Part shown: positions 45,826 through 55,640 of the stretch, piece by piece | Numbering within the stretch: position 1 is the first letter of the stretch | Layout of the letters: the number at the start of each line of letters is the position of its first letter | Assembly (NCBI GenBank): GCA_963839705.1 | Contig: CAWIWL010000021.1 | Coordinates: forward strand, 127,380-191,379 | Direction of reading: 5' to 3' | Length of the DNA stretch: 64,000 nt | From: an uncultured Acidobacteriota bacterium | GTDB lineage: Bacteria; Acidobacteriota; Vicinamibacteria; Vicinamibacterales; 2-12-FULL-66-21 | Position numbers and translations under genes: made by a program | Notes under the pieces: model-generated | What the model was told of the DNA's origin: nothing | Databases searched by the model: none | What the model saw: only the letters and a program-made list of their open reading frames with translations

Positions 45826-47534
45826 ATGTCGACTTCAACTTTCTCGACCCGCACACGCCGCCCGGCCTCCTCGTGCTCGTCTGTCGTCGCGCTGAGCCTG
45901 TTCTCCGGCTCGGCTTCGACGCAGAGCCCGCGTTTCTACCCCGACGATCCGATTGCGCGCGAACCGGAATCGCAGGACGCCTCCAAGGCGGCGCCGCACG
46001 ATCCATCTCAGATGTACGAGCTGGTGTACAACCTCTTCGTCACCTCGAAGTACAAGCCGAGCGGCCTGCGCGCAAAAAACATCAACACTATCGACGAGGT
46101 GCCCGACTCGAGCTGGTTCACCAACCGCGTCGGCGTCGCGGCCACTCACAACCGAAGAGCTCCTTCGCGGCCCGAATGTCGGTGAGCCGCCCGATCCGTC
46201 GAAGTGGGTACTGATCAGAGAGAAGACGGCGGGCGCGCATCCGGGCTTTACCGCGATGGACGCCAAGGGCCATACCTGGTTCCTCGAGTTCGACCCGCCG
46301 AAGTTTCCGGAGGGCGCGACCGCGGCGGTCGCGATTGCCACCAAGATCTTCTGGGCGCTCGGCTACAACCAGGTCGAATCGTTCCTGACGACGTTCGATA
46401 CGAAGAACACGACGATCGATCCGAATGCGACGGTGCGCCGTCCGAACGGCAAGCGAACGCCGTTCACGCAAGACGACATGAACGCCATCCTGGAGCGGGT
46501 CAAGCGCAACAAGGACGGAAGCTATCGCGTCATTGCTGGACGCCTGCTGCCAGGCAAGCTTCTCGGCCCCTACCAGTACAAGGGCACGCGTCCGGACGAT
46601 CCGAACGATCTGGTTCCGCACGAGCATCGGCGCGAGCTGCGAGCGCTGCGCGTGTTCGGCGCCTGGACCAACCTCACCGACCTCAAGGCCGCGAACTCGC
46701 TCGATACGCTCGTCACCGAGAACGGCAAGACGATCGTCAAGCACTACCTGCAGGACGTCGGCTCCACGTTCGGCATGTGCAATGGCTTCCACGAATGGGA
46801 CCTCGAGCTGCGAGTACTTCATCGAGGGCGCCGCCGTCGCGCAAGCGCCTCTTCACCCTCGGGTTCGGCCTGAGCCCGTGGCAGACGGTCGACTACGTCG
46901 AGTACCCGTCGGTCGGCAAGTTCGAAGGCAAGGTCTTCGATCCGAGAACATGGCGGCCCCAGATGCCGACGACCGCCTACATGGAGCTGCGCGATGACGA
47001 CGCGTTCTGGGCGGCGCGCCGCGTGGCGGCATTCACCGACGAGCTGATCAGGGCCGTCGTTCACACCGGGCAATTCAGCGATCGCGGCGGCCGAGAAACA
47101 TCTGGCTGACGTGCTGATTCAGCGGCGCGAGAAAATCAAGAGCATCTATCTGACGCAGGTCAACCCGATCGTCAACCCGACGCTGGATGCCAAGGGCCTG
47201 ACCTTCGAGAACGCTGCCGTCACCGGCGGCGTCGCCCAAGGCACGGTGGCCTACCGCGCCTCGTGGATGTCCTTTGACAACGCCACCGGCGCGACCAAGC
47301 CGATCGCGGAGACCAAGGGCACGACCACGACCATCGCCGCGCCGGCGGGGTTGCCATCGAGCGGCTTCGTGGCCGTCGACATCGCTGCCGACAGCGACAC
47401 GTATCCGACGTGGAAGAAGCCCGTGAGGGCCTTTTTCCGCCAGGACGGCGCGCGGCTGGAAGCTGGTCGGGCTCGAACGGATGGGCGACACGACCCCGGC
47501 CGGACAACCGGCCCCACAGAAGGCGGCGAAGTAG
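45826..47534 (+). pseudogene. Secreted ~570-codon protein of unknown family with protein-kinase-like catalytic motifs; five frame changes
   Basis: Signal peptide then PRFYPDDPIAREPE. Sense is traceable through five frames (switches near 46135, 46800, 46825, 47078, 47450). TDLKAAN at 46676-46696 and LQDVGSTFG at 46748-46774. Stop TAG at 47532-47534. Confidence 0.6.
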
Positions 47535-47553
47535 CGACGGAAGGCAGCGGCCG

Positions 47554-49575
47554 CTATCGCAGCACGCTGCTGCTTTCAGCCTCTCGAACCAGCCGATCGG
47601 CATCGTCCGGCAACAGGAAGCGCTCTTCGACGAGGCGCGTGGCGGCGGCGCGGACTTTGGCAACGTACTCCGCGTGCGAACCGTAACGTTCCTCGAGTGA
47701 CGGGCGAGGGTCACTCGCCGCGATGCGCTCGGCCTTTGTTCGCGCGAACGGGATGAATCCGCCTCCCAGGGACTGAATGCGTCCCTTGAGGAATCCTCTC
47801 GCGATTGGATTCCAGCCCGTGTATGTGCCGAGCGGCGCCTGGAGGAGGACGCTGCGAACTCCCGCCGTTTCGTTGCCGTCGGCATCGACACGTGGCACGA
47901 GCATCGGCAAGGTCTGACGAACGATTGGCGGTTGAAGCGTCACGATTCCGGACTCATCGGCATTGCGGAACCCCGGCCCGAAGTCGTAGTCGTAGAACGG
48001 CACGATGACACCGTCGGGAAGTGGCTGGCCGGGGATGATGGGAAACCCACTGGCCGCCTGTGTGGGCGGCACCAGATCGCCACGATCCATTCTCGGGTAC
48101 CGGCTCGGAGGGGGCGGCGCGTCGCGCACGACCCAGTCGACCAGGGCGATCATCAGCGCACGGTGGGCTTCGGCCGACGAGTTCGGATTCCCCGCGAGCA
48201 CGCAGCACGCGTCGGGCGTGGCGTTCGGCGAGAATCCGCCTGGCCCGCCGCCATGACGGACGCCAGCCATGTAGTACCGGCGCACGTTCGCAGGGAGTGG
48301 AATGTCGCGGTCCGCGCGGGTGCCGACGAGGTCGGGCGACATCCGGAGCGAGTAGAACTCGGCGGAGCCGAAGGTTTCGACGATCTTCGGGCACATGCCG
48401 GTGGCGCGGCAACGTGCCAGCAGGCTCGACGAGGAACGGCCTCGCGCCGTGTCCGAGTAGTCGTCCCACCACAGCGTGCCCTCGCTGCCGGGTTCGAACA
48501 TCTCGGCCGCGCCGCTCGGCGCGGCGAAGCGGATGTTCATCGAGAGCTGACGCGCGGCGATGTGCGCATTCATCCCGTCGAACACTCGCTGACCGCGCTC
48601 ATCCTGGTTGAAGCCGAGGCTCACAAAACTGCGAAGGTAATTGCCGGACTGGGAGGTGCCCTGCGCGACGGTGTGCCGTACGGTTCCCCCGAGCGGGTTT
48701 GTGGCGCCTTCCTTTCTGAGGAAGGCAATCAGGTCGCGCGTTGCGGCGAAGCCGACGCCGTGCACGGGCGGGTCCTTCGCGACGTAGATCAGTTCGTAGA
48801 GAAAGGCCGGGTCGAAACCGCCCTTGAGACACACCTTGATGGGGTCGGGCTGTCCCGGAAAAGGCGTCTGCGTGCAGTCGGCGAACGCCCAATCCGAGGG
48901 CGCGATTGCGACGCGGCTGCCGTCTTCAGTGGTCCGCCGTGTCAGCGTGGCCGTCGTCGTGTCGAAGCTCGCCGGCGTGGCGGTTCCAGTCACGCGGCCA
49001 CGAACGATCGGCAGGGTGGTCGTTCCAGCAGGCATGTCGAGGAATCGCGCCATCACCGGGCCGGTGATGCTCGAGCCGTCCGGGTTTTTCGCGATCGGCG
49101 TCACCATCGACTCGACACCTGGCCCGGGGGCGATGTCTGCCTGCCAGCCGCTGGCCACAAGCGTGTGACCGGCTGCCCTGAAGTCGGCGTAGAACCCGCC
49201 GCCTTCCACCGTCTGCCGGCCTCGGTTCGGCACCTGATAGACGATGACACCCGTCGACTTGTCCATGTCAACGGGCTTCAGGATGATGAACGTCGCGGAA
49301 TACTCGACCATGCCGCGGTCGTTTCGCGGGGCCAGTTCGATGTCGGTGATGATCGCGTTCAGCTTGTGGCGCGGATCGAGCTGTCCGTAGAAACGACCGG
49401 TCAGCTTCTCGTAGGCGATTCCCTTGCTGGCGAAGGCTTGTCGCTCGTCGACGACGAACCTGACGACCTCCGCGCGCGCCGGCACGCCGAGGATGAGGAG
49501 GAGCGCAGCGATCGAAGCCGTCCGGGCTGGAGTCCGCATGGCGCGGATGCTATGCCAGAACGCTGGTTGCATCAA
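47554..49575 (-). CDS. Secreted alpha/beta-hydrolase-domain-like protein (large uncharacterised family)
   Basis: 673-aa intact ORF. The probable start is ATG 49539 (MRTPARTASIAALLLILGVPARA). The N-terminal block VVRFVVDERQAF..GIAYEKLTGRFYGQLDP..NAIITDIELAPRN..GMVEYSATFIILKP matches a family I remember as annotated only as alpha/beta hydrolase domain-containing. Confidence 0.55.
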   Translation of the reverse strand: MMQPAFWHSIRAMRTPARTASIAALLLILGVPARAEVVRFVVDERQAFASKGIAYEKLTGRFYGQLDPRHKLNAIITDIELAPRNDRGMVEYSATFIILKPVDMDKSTGVIVYQVPNRGRQTVEGGGFYADFRAAGHTLVASGWQADIAPGPGVESMVTPIAKNPDGSSITGPVMARFLDMPAGTTTLPIVRGRVTGTATPASFDTTTATLTRRTTEDGSRVAIAPSDWAFADCTQTPFPGQPDPIKVCLKGGFDPAFLYELIYVAKDPPVHGVGFAATRDLIAFLRKEGATNPLGGTVRHTVAQGTSQSGNYLRSFVSLGFNQDERGQRVFDGMNAHIAARQLSMNIRFAAPSGAAEMFEPGSEGTLWWDDYSDTARGRSSSSLLARCRATGMCPKIVETFGSAEFYSLRMSPDLVGTRADRDIPLPANVRRYYMAGVRHGGGPGGFSPNATPDACCVLAGNPNSSAEAHRALMIALVDWVVRDAPPPPSRYPRMDRGDLVPPTQAASGFPIIPGQPLPDGVIVPFYDYDFGPGFRNADESGIVTLQPPIVRQTLPMLVPRVDADGNETAGVRSVLLQAPLGTYTGWNPIARGFLKGRIQSLGGGFIPFARTKAERIAASDPRPSLEERYGSHAEYVAKVRAAATRLVEERFLLPDDADRLVREAESSSVLR

Positions 49576-49588
49576 TACCGAGGCGCGG

Positions 49589-49737
49589 CTGAACGGGCCG
49601 CGCCACGGTTCACGATGAACGATGATTCGATGGACACGAAGAACACCTCTCTAGGGATTCATCGTGATCACATGCGGCATGGACTTGGACGGGGGTTGGC
49701 GGTCGAAGGTTTATACTCGGCTATTGCACTACAATCC
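49589..49737 (+). repeat. Structured intergenic repeat, copy 2 (lacks the 5' AACCTATCT module)
   Basis: CTGAACGGGCCG...CACGGTTCACGATGAACGATGATTCGATGGACACGAAGAACACCTCT...GGGATTCATCGTG aligns closely with copy 1. The tail GGTCGAAGGTTTATACTCGGCTATTGCACTACAATCC carries TACAAT at 49730-49735. Confidence 0.65.
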
Positions 49738-49983
49738 GTGCCGAGGAGGCGGTCGATCGGTCGGAGGTCGCCTCCAGGGCCGACGACAGACCGGCGACGT
49801 CCGGCAGCGAGCAGCGCCGTTCAGTCGGTGACAACGATGCCGAGCAGTCACCGATGCATGACCTCCGCGGAGCGCGGTACGCCGCCGATGGCAGCCCGAC
49901 GAGTCCTGGGCAAAGCAGTGAGAAGATCCGAAAGGGCGGCTTGGAGTGAGTGCGCAGACTGAGCCGGTCCAAGAGGTGACTTC

Positions 49984-52900
49984 ATGTCCCGTGTTATTCG
50001 TTCCCATTCATAGCCGTCGTTGTTGCAACGTTCGCGGTCGTCCTGCTGGCACGCTCCACGGCCCCGCTCCAGGGCCAAGGCCAGCCGTCGCCTCCCACGC
50101 CGCGCAGGTCGCACCGTTCGTGGGCGACTGGCTCGTGACGCTCGCCTTCATGGCGAACGAAGCCACCTTCGCCGTTGCCGTGAAGACCGACGGCGGCAAG
50201 GTGTCGGCGACGATCAGCTCCGACGGACAGCCGACCATCAACGTCACAGACATTTCGGTCGTCGCCAACAGGCTGGTGCTCAAGTACATGACCGAGGCCA
50301 TGGGCACGCCTCTTTCGACAGTCTTGACGCTGACGCCAGAAGGGCAGGGCCTCCGCGCCAACATGGCGGTCATGGACGGCCAGTACGAGATGTCCGGCAC
50401 GGGCGCCAGGCAGGCCCCCGGCGCGCCGGTGCGTGCGACGGGTTTCGGCGGCGGCGGGCGGGGTCGGCGACGAGCGACGCGACCGATTTCTCGCCGAAGC
50501 CCCCGTATCGTCCGCGCACGCCAGCCGAGGAGGCCGCCGGATTCATCCTGCCGACGGGATACCGGATGGAGCTCGTCGCGGCGGACCCCGACGTGATCAG
50601 CCCGGTCGCTCATCGAGTTCGACGGGAACGGACGCATGTACGTCGGCGAGATGATCAGCTACATGATGGACGCCGAGGCCAGCCGCGAACACGATCCGAT
50701 CAGCCGCATCAGCCGCTGGGAGAGCACGAAAGGCGACGGCCGCTACGACAAGCGCACGGTGTTCGTCGACAAGCTCGTCGCGCCCCGCATGATCCTGCCG
50801 CTCCAGGACGGCGTCATCCTCACGAGCGAAACCGACTCGGACGATCTGGTGAAGTGGACCGACACGAACGGCGACGGCGTCGCCGACAAGCGTGAAGTCG
50901 TCTTCACCGGCATCGGCCAGAGCGGCGACGCCAACATCGAGCACCAGAAGGCGGGCCTGCTGTGGAACATGGACAACTGGATCTACACCACCTACAACCC
51001 GTTCCGCATCCGCTGGACGCCGTCCGGGTTCCTGCGCGAACCGACGGGGCCGAACGGCGGCCAGTGGGGCCTCGCGTCGGATGACGATGGGAAGCCGTGG
51101 TTCGTGGATGCGGGCGGCGAACGCGGCCCGATGAACTTCCAGTATCCGATTCACTACGGCGCGTTCACGCCCTGTGCGCCGGCGGGCCGCGGCGGCCGCG
51201 GCGGTGCGCCTGCGGCGGCGCCACCGCCACCCAATCCGAACTGCCCGCCGGGGATGGAGAACGGATTCGAGAAGGACTTCGCCGTCGTCTGGCCCGCGCC
51301 GGGCATCGGTGACATGCAGGGCGGGCATCGGGCGAACGCGGATGCCGGCGCAGAACCTGAATCACTTCACCGCGACGACGGGCCCCGCGATCGTCCGCGG
51401 CGACGCGCTGCCGGCCGATCTGAAGGGCGATCTGCTCTTCGCCGAGCCGGTAGGCCGCCTGATCCGGCGCGCGTCCATCGAGAACATCGAAGGACTGACC
51501 CAGCTGCGCAACGTGTATCCCGGGGTCGGAGTTCATCAACAGCGTCGACCAGCTCTTCCGGCCGGTGAACATCAGCAACGCCCCCGACGGCACGATCTAC
51601 ATCGCCGACATGTACCACGGCATCATCCAGGAGCGGCAGTGGTCGGGTCCGGGTTCGTACCTGCGCGCGAAGATCGAGCAGTATCAGCTGGACAAGGTCG
51701 CGTCGCACGGCCGCATCTGGCGCCTGCGCTACGACGGTCGCGCCGCGGCGCCCGCCACCGACACGAACATCGGACAGCCGGCGATTCCGGCGATTCAGCC
51801 GAAGTTCGCGCCGCCGCGGATGTACAGCGAGACGCCCGCCCAGCTCGTCGCGCACTTTGCGCATCCGAACGGCTGGTGGCGCGACACGGCGCAGCGGCTG
51901 CTGGTGTTGAAGCAGGACAAGTCGGTCGTGCCGGCCTTACAGCAGATGGTGTCGCCTTCGCGACCTGGGACTCGCGCCGTCGCTTCGGCGAACCTCGCCG
52001 TAGCCGAAGGCGAAGGCGGGCGGTCGTCGGATAACTGCTGGCCCGGTTCCACGCGATGTGGACGCTCGAGGGCCTCGGCGCTCTCGACGCCACGCTGCGT
52101 ACGTGAGGCCATGAAGGACACGAGCCCGCGGATGCGCGTGCAGGCGATTCGCGCGAGCGAGACGCTGTACAAGGCGGGCGACAAATCGTTTGCGGACGAC
52201 TACCGCTCGCTGACGAAGGATGCCGACGAGAACGTCGTCATCCAGGCGATGCTGACGGCGAATCTCTTCAGGCTGCCGGACGCGGCCGAGGTGATCAAGG
52301 CGGCGCAGGCCGCGACGAAGGCGAAAGGCGTGGCGCTCGTCGGCGAGCGTCTGCTCGATCCCGGCGACCACGAGCTTCGGCGGCGGCCGGCAGGGGCCCG
52401 ATTACACCGGACGAGGAGAAGCGGCTGCAGCAGGGGAACGAGGTCTTCGGCGCCGTCTGCTCGGCCTGTCATGGGGCGGACGGGACGGGGAAGGCCATGG
52501 AAGGCGCGCCTCCGGGCACGATGATGGCGCCACCGATTGCCGGCTCGCCTCGGGTGCCGGGGCATCGCGACTACGTGATCAAGGTTGCTGCTTGGCGGGC
52601 TCACCGGACCTCTGGATGGGAAGACGTACCGCGACGTCATGGTGCCGATGGGCGGGACCGACGAGTGGGTCGCGGGGATCGCGTCGTACGTCCGCAACAG
52701 TTTCGGGCACAGCGCGCGGCATGGTGACGCCAGCCGACGTCGCGCGCGTGCGCACCGAGATGGCCGGCCGCAAGAGCGTATGGACCATTCCCGAGCTCGA
52801 AACCTCGCTGCCGCGGCTGCTCGACGCGCAGCAGTGGAAACTGACGGCGAGCCATGCCGCCGACACGGCGTCGGGCGCCGCTTCGCTTCGCGGATGGAGC

Positions 52901-53292
52901 TCCGGCGCACCTCAGGCGCCGGGATGTGGTTCGCCGTGGAGCTGACGCAGCCGGTGGTCGTGACGGAGGTGCAGTTCGACTCGAACACGTCGTTCGGCCG
53001 CGGCGGACGTGGCGGCCGCGGCGCACCAGGGGCAGCGCCAGCGCCACCTGCCGCACCCGTCATCGGATATCCCCGCGGCTACACAGTGCAGGTATCCGCC
53101 GACGGCACGACGTGGAGCAAACCGGTTGCAACAGGCAAGGGCGAGGGGCAGCGCACGACCATCACCTTCGCGCCGACGCGCGCCAGGTTCGTCCGGATCA
53201 CGCAGACGGACGCCGTCGCCGACGCGCCCGCGTGGTCCATCAGGAACTTGCGAATCTACGAGGCGCCGGCGGTCAGGGCGGCTTCGCGTTGA
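49984..53292 (+). pseudogene. PVC-type heme-binding CxxCH protein with C-terminal discoidin (F5/8 type C)-like domain; 13 frame changes
   Basis: Signal peptide, extra N-terminal domain, propeller region (IEFDGNGRMYVGEM..., NISNAPDGTIYIADMYHGIIQE), HEAT-like region (LLARFHAMWTLEGLGAL), cytochrome c (AVCSACHGADG) and discoidin-like end (MWFAVELTQPVVVTEVQFDSN...IRNLRIYEAP). These are spread over all three frames, with switches near 50010, 50095, 50460, 50610, 51325, 51522, 52033, 52098, 52362, 52407, 52585, 52715 and 52922. Confidence 0.75.
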
Positions 53293-53305
53293 TCTTCCGT
53301 TCCGG

Positions 53306-54491
53306 CTATCTGGGCACAGGCTTGTCGAACGAGTCCCAGGCGTAGGCGGCCGCGATGCGAGCCTCGAGCTCCCCGAGCAGGCGACCGCCGCTGTCGCTGT
53401 TGGTCATCACCGCGAAACCGTAGCCCTTCAGGCGGTGCGCCAGCAGATTGCACTGGAATCCCCAGTTGCTGCCGCCATGTCCGAAGTACCATCCCTCGTT
53501 GCGTCGCTCGATGCTGAAGCCGACGGCGTACGGACCGGTCCCGACTGGTGTCACCATCTCCTGAGCCGCGGTGCGCGACAGAATCTTCGAGTCGCCGCGC
53601 AAGCGCCTTCTGCAGCTCGATCGCCAGCTTCGCGAGATCCGTCGGCGTCGTCCAGAGGCCCGCCGGCGCCTGCTCGGGATACACGTGCCACTTGGCGTCC
53701 ATCGCACGGCCCCGCCCATCGTGCGCGCGCGCCGCGTTCGCGTCGCGCTGCGCAGGGAGCGGTTGCTCGTATGTACTGTTGGTCATGCCGACGGGGTCGA
53801 GCACCAGCTCGCGCATGACCTCATGAAACGGTTTGCCGAGTGCATCGGTCAGCAGCAGTTGCACGACGACGGTGCCGCCGCCGGAGTACTTGAACGCCGT
53901 GAATGGCGGACGCTCCCAGAAAACTCGCCCGATGTTGGACGGTTTGTCGCCGTTCAGGATCTGCACCAGCGTCGGTCTCTCAGACGACGGGTGGTATCCC
54001 GGGAAGCCAAAACCGTCGCCGGTGCCGGACGTGTGACTCAAGAGCGCACGCAACGTCACTGGACGGTCGCGGGTGAACTCGTTCTCCGGCACCTTCCACG
54101 ATTTCAGATAGCGGTTGACGTTTTCGTCGAGCGACAGCTTGCCCGCTTCGACCAGGCGCATGACCGCGAACGCTGTCACTGGCTTGCTGATTGAAGCGGC
54201 TTGAAACGCCGTCTCCGGCGTCACGGGCGATTTCGCTGTCACGTCAGCCTGCCCATAGGCCTTCGCAATGTCGATCCGACCGTCCTTGATGACTGCGAGG
54301 CTCAGGCCTGGAACGCCGAAACGCTCCATGAGCTGCTGCAGCGAGTACGGATCCCAGCCTTGACGGTTCGGCGTCTGCGGCGCCTCGACGCGTGCGATGA
54401 GCGCGGCGGCGCCGTCCTGCGCCCGCGGCGTCGCGCCCAGCAGGGCGTTCGACACGGCCAGCACGGCCAGCACGGCATAGCGTTTCTTCAA
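53306..54491 (-). CDS. Secreted beta-lactamase-family serine hydrolase; one frame change
   Basis: Signal peptide and S-x-x-K motif ASISKPVTAF. The frame of ORF 53256..54491 is sensible up to ...LAIELQKA, then continues in ORF 53306..53719 (LRGDSKILSRTAAQEMVTPVGTGPYAVGF...). The switch is near 53598-53610. Confidence 0.8.
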
Positions 54492-54644
54492 GGCGACCTC
54501 CTTTCATGTGCGGCGGCACGGTGAGAAGTCACCAGCTCATCGGCCGCCGTATGGTGCTGATTGTTGCACGCGCGGCGCCGAATCCTCCGCCGTCCGTCGT
54601 AAGGCCGGTTTCGCGGTCTCCGAGGAGCAAGGCACAATGGTGCG

Positions 54645-55443
54645 ATGAGCACCTGCCGCATCGCACTGGCCAACCTCCCGTTTCCCGTGACGCCTGACGC
54701 ATCGGTGCGCCAGGCCGAGGACGCCATCGCTCAGGCGGCAGCCGAGCGCGTCGATGTCATTTGCTTCCCGGAGTGCTTCGTTCCCGGTTATCGCGCGCAG
54801 GGAAAACCTGTGCCGCCACCGGATGGCGTGTTTCTCGAGCGCGCGTGGTCGGCGGTGGCGACGGCGGCGGGAAAGTCGAACGTCGCGGTCGTCCTCGGCA
54901 CCGAACGAGTCGTTGAACAGACGGGACCGCCGGCCGATGATCACGGCGCTCGTCATCGATCGCGACGGCACGAGGGCGGGCTTCCAGGACAAGGTGCAGA
55001 TCGATCCGTCCGAGGAGGCCACCTATGTCGCCGGCGCCGAGCGGCGCATCTTCCGATCCGGTCCGCTGACGTTCGGCGTCGTCATCTGTCATGAGGGGTG
55101 GCGGTATCCGGAGACGGTGCGCTGGGCGGCGCGCCGCGGAGCGCAGGTGGTGTTCCATCCGCACTTCCATGAGGCCGAGCCCGGCAGCCATCGTCCGTCG
55201 TCGTACGCGGAGCAAGGCAATACCTTTCACGAAAAGGCGGCGCTCTGCCGTGCGGCTGAAAACACCTGCTATTTCGCTACCGTGAACTTCGCCGGCGACG
55301 GATCGCCCACGACATCGGCCGTGGTGCGGCCCGACGGGACGCTGCTCGGATATCAGCCCTATGGGCAGCCGGGGCTGTTCATTGCCGATCTCGATCTCGC
55401 AGACGCGACGGGTCTTCTCGCTTCGCGCTGCAAGAGCTATTGA
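54645..55443 (+). CDS. Carbon-nitrogen hydrolase (nitrilase superfamily); one frame change
   Basis: VICFPECFVPGY (Glu) in the frame of 54645. RPMITALVIDRDG...GVVICHEGWRYPE (Cys) in the frame of ORF 54754..55443. The switch is in GGACCGCCGGCCG at about 54926-54931. Confidence 0.8.
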
Positions 55444-55445
55444 GT

Positions 55446-55499
55446 CTTCCGCCTTCGCCAAGGCTCCGGCGGACCGTCCGTAGCTTCAGCGGAGGCTGG
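55446..55499 (+). repeat. REP-like ~54-nt unit, inverted copy of 39490-39542
   Basis: CTTCCGCCTTCGCCAAGGCTCCGGCGGACCGTCCGTAGCTTCAGCGGAGGCTGG starts 3 nt after the nitrilase stop. Confidence 0.7.
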
Positions 55500-55640
55500 T
55501 CGCGATCATCGTGAATGGGCCGTCGGCCGCATTTGTGAGATGACGTCAGGGTTGGTGCTTCTCAAGTTCGCGATGACTTCTGCCGATAAGCGAGCTGGAG
55601 CGCTCGCCCTCTTAGGGCGTAGCTCGTCTCAGGAGACCTG

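Noticed and set aside
49738-49983. ~250-nt GC-rich leader upstream of the PVC-type gene with several local hairpins (for example TCGGTGAC...GTCACCGA and GGAGG-TCG-CCTCC), examined as a possible riboswitch.
   Set aside because: I could not find the conserved cores of the cobalamin, TPP, SAM or Moco riboswitches. Local hairpins are expected by chance at this GC content. A covariance-model search would be needed for any claim.
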